From Oculatellaceae cyanobacterium bins.114 (GTDB taxonomy: Bacteria > Cyanobacteriota > Cyanobacteriia > Elainellales > Elainellaceae), in NCBI GenBank assembly GCA_033764315.1, contig JANRJA010000138.1:1-28653 (forward strand): DNA of 28,653 nt. The letters run 5' to 3'. Position 1 is the first letter of the stretch. The number at the start of each line of letters is the position of its first letter. Position numbers and translations under genes: made by a program. The notes beneath the pieces are model-generated. The model had not been told where the DNA came from, did no database searches, and saw only the letters and a list, made by a program, of their open reading frames with translations. Positions 26,483 through 28,653 of the stretch are shown one piece after another.

Positions 26483-28327
26483 TTAAAGCTCATAGCTAGA
26501 GGCTTGCAATCGAAACATGTGTTCATACAACCCACCCTGTTGCATCAAGGCTCCGTGGCTTCCCACTTCAACAATGCGTCCTTGATCGAGCACCACAATT
26601 CGGTCTGCCATTCGCACAGTCGAAAAGCGGTGGCTCACCAAGAAAGTCATTTTGCTTTGGGTCAGTTGGCGAAAGCGTTGAAACAGGTCATACTCAGCGA
26701 TCGCATCGAGCGCAGCGGTGGGTTCATCTAAAATCAAAATTTGGGCAGGAGTCATAAAGGCGCGAGACAGACCAATCTTTTGCCACTGTCCCCCTGACAA
26801 CTCGGTGCTATCAGTAAAGGTTTTGCCCAAAATAGTGCCATACCCTTGTTCTAGTTTGGCAATAACATCAGCGGCTCCAGCGGCGATCGCGGCTCCCTCA
26901 ATGCGTTCCAAGTTACCGCGTTGCTGAATATCGCCAAAGCCAATGTTGTCTTGAACGGTTAAGTTGTAACGAGCAAAGTCTTGAAAAACAACCCCAACAT
27001 TGCGCCACAGGTCTTGCAAATCCAGCTCTCGCAGCGGTATTCCATCGATCGCAATCTCACCAGAGTCAATGTCATAAAACCGAGTTAACAGTTTAAGCAG
27101 AGTTGTTTTTCCGGCTCCATTAGCACCCACTAGTGCCACGCTTTCACCAGGTTGCACCGTCAAGTTTAGATCCACCAGGGTTGGTTCCGCTGCACCGGGG
27201 TAGGTGAAAGTAACATGTCGCAGAGTTAGCCCTGACTGAATTGGTTGAGGAAAAGCTTTTGGAGACGGCAAATTCACGACTTGAGGTTTGAGATCTAAAA
27301 ACTCAAAGTATTGCGACACATACAGATTGGATTCATACATTGACGCCACATTGAGCAGCAGATTTTGCATCACATTTTGCGCCTGCTGAAACGCCCCAGA
27401 GTACATCGTTAGATCACCCACACTAATTACCCCACGCACCGTTTGCACCACCACCCAAGCATAGGCCCCATAAAAGCTCAAGTTGGCTGCCAGCCCAATG
27501 CCAAAACGGGCTGAGGCTTGTTGTGCCGCTAACGCTTGAGACTCTTGGTTAACCTGCATCCGAATATCGCGCCACTGGTGCAGCAAATAATCGCTCAAAT
27601 TAAACAGGCGTACTTCTTTGACAAATTCCTGGCTAAGCAGCACCCGTTGCAAATACTCTGCCATACGTCCACTCTCAGTTTGATGGCGCAACATCCAAAA
27701 GCGTCGCCCCGAAAACTGCATTCCCACCCAAAAGGCAGGCAGTGACGTCACCAGCAACAGCAGCAAAATGATTGGGTTAAAACTGAGCAACAGCGTCAGC
27801 AGCCCAGCGAAGGTGATGATCTGCCCAGCCAGCGTTGTCAGGGTGTTGAGGACACGAACTGGATAGTTGCTACCACTTTGTTGAGCACGATTTAGCGTAT
27901 CGTGAAATTCTGGCAATTCATAATGGGCAAGATCGAGTCGCACTGCCTGTTTGAGCAACACATCATTGCTGTGGAGCGTAAAGCGATCGCTCAGAATTTG
28001 GGAGACATACACATTGCCTTGATTGACCGCCCCTTGTGCCAGGGTCAACCCTAACCCTAGACCAATTAAGATAAACAGCGATCGCCAATCTGTTGTGGGT
28101 TGTTCTAGTGCTCCAACGACCTGATCCACAATCAGCTTATTGACGTAAAGTTGTCCCACCGGAATCAACGCCCCAATTACGGTGATGCCTAACGTGATCA
28201 ACAACCAGATCGGAGCCGCATTCCAAACCAGGCGCAAAAGCCGAGGTGTATTGGCCATCATTGCCCAAAATCGAGTTTTTCGACTGAGCTTAGGCTTCAT
28301 TAATGTTCGAGGATTAAAATTGTCCAT
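26483..28327 (-). CDS. ABC exporter, fused permease/ATP-binding protein (type IV, multidrug/peptide-exporter-like)
   Basis: N-terminal TM domain, KEVRLF, Walker A GANGAGKTT, LSGGQWQK, ILILDEPT, SHRFST. The start may be 28300. Confidence 0.93.
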   Translation of the reverse strand: MDNFNPRTLMKPKLSRKTRFWAMMANTPRLLRLVWNAAPIWLLITLGITVIGALIPVGQLYVNKLIVDQVVGALEQPTTDWRSLFILIGLGLGLTLAQGAVNQGNVYVSQILSDRFTLHSNDVLLKQAVRLDLAHYELPEFHDTLNRAQQSGSNYPVRVLNTLTTLAGQIITFAGLLTLLLSFNPIILLLLLVTSLPAFWVGMQFSGRRFWMLRHQTESGRMAEYLQRVLLSQEFVKEVRLFNLSDYLLHQWRDIRMQVNQESQALAAQQASARFGIGLAANLSFYGAYAWVVVQTVRGVISVGDLTMYSGAFQQAQNVMQNLLLNVASMYESNLYVSQYFEFLDLKPQVVNLPSPKAFPQPIQSGLTLRHVTFTYPGAAEPTLVDLNLTVQPGESVALVGANGAGKTTLLKLLTRFYDIDSGEIAIDGIPLRELDLQDLWRNVGVVFQDFARYNLTVQDNIGFGDIQQRGNLERIEGAAIAAGAADVIAKLEQGYGTILGKTFTDSTELSGGQWQKIGLSRAFMTPAQILILDEPTAALDAIAEYDLFQRFRQLTQSKMTFLVSHRFSTVRMADRIVVLDQGRIVEVGSHGALMQQGGLYEHMFRLQASSYEL

Positions 28328-28515
28328 GCGGTGAATGATGACGCCAACACATTACTTCGCCCATTCAAGTGTCACCCCGTCACCTCCTTACAGGTCTGAT
28401 CCACAGCTCTCATCATGCCGTTGTCCTATTCTTCAGCATAGACACTGGCACTGAGGTTTGTGTGGATTCACCCCAATCGCCTATCAACTTGCACTCTGAT
28501 CATTGAGCAGGGCTT

Positions 28516-28653
28516 AGAGGATGTCTGAGAAGTTTTTGGCGGTTAAAACCGCGACTACAAAAACAAAGTCCGCCGTCGCGGACTCAAGCCAATCTAGGCT
28601 TTTTGTAACCTGCGGAGGCAGGTTTTGTTCGTGTAGCTGCGACTTGAGTCGCC
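28516..28653. repeat. REPIN/MITE-like element, copy 2 (runs to the window edge)
   Basis: Same four-hairpin core (28539-28653) as copy 1, preceded by a different putative terminus AGAGGATGTCTGAGAAGT. Confidence 0.75.

Larger units (their letters stand above)
6272..28085. repeat. HIP1 octamer GCGATCGC dispersed through the core region
   Basis: Roughly 30 perfect copies counted by eye (e.g. near 6272, 7808, 9494, 13479, 16935, 19521, 24975, 28078). None was found in 1-6271. Confidence 0.9.

Noticed and set aside
26315..28653. CRISPR array interpretation of the hairpin repeats
   Set aside because: There are only two dispersed, diverged copies, no repeat-spacer periodicity and no cas genes.

Overview
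This is cyanobacterial chromosome, probably a filamentous Leptolyngbya/Oculatella-like organism. The evidence is frequent HIP1 GCGATCGC octamers, a cyanobacterial-type gshA, and the order rplS-trnW-secE-nusG-rplKAJL without rpoBC. Left end (1-4549): an accessory segment with no perfect HIP1 site, abutting the 3' end of tRNA-Met. It holds a sterol-desaturase/fatty-acid-hydroxylase - fatty acyl-AMP ligase - acyl-CoA dehydrogenase operon (the dehydrogenase is truncated), an IS701-like remnant and a decayed receiver domain. Middle: a LysM/M23 peptidase (NlpD-like), trmL, gshA, a HAD hydrolase, a MIF tautomerase, a flavin reductase, a GIY-YIG protein, a membrane Ser/Thr kinase and the ribosomal protein cluster with L10 and putative L1 leaders. 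Right: a Ni/Co ECF transporter, a cupredoxin, an uncharacterised cysteine hydrolase - cupin - CocE/NonD hydrolase operon, and an ABC exporter. The exporter is flanked by two copies of a four-hairpin GTAG-REP/REPIN-like element whose stems covary and whose terminal shells differ. Short tandem duplications recur at gene starts and stops. All calls come from reading motifs by eye; no searches were run.
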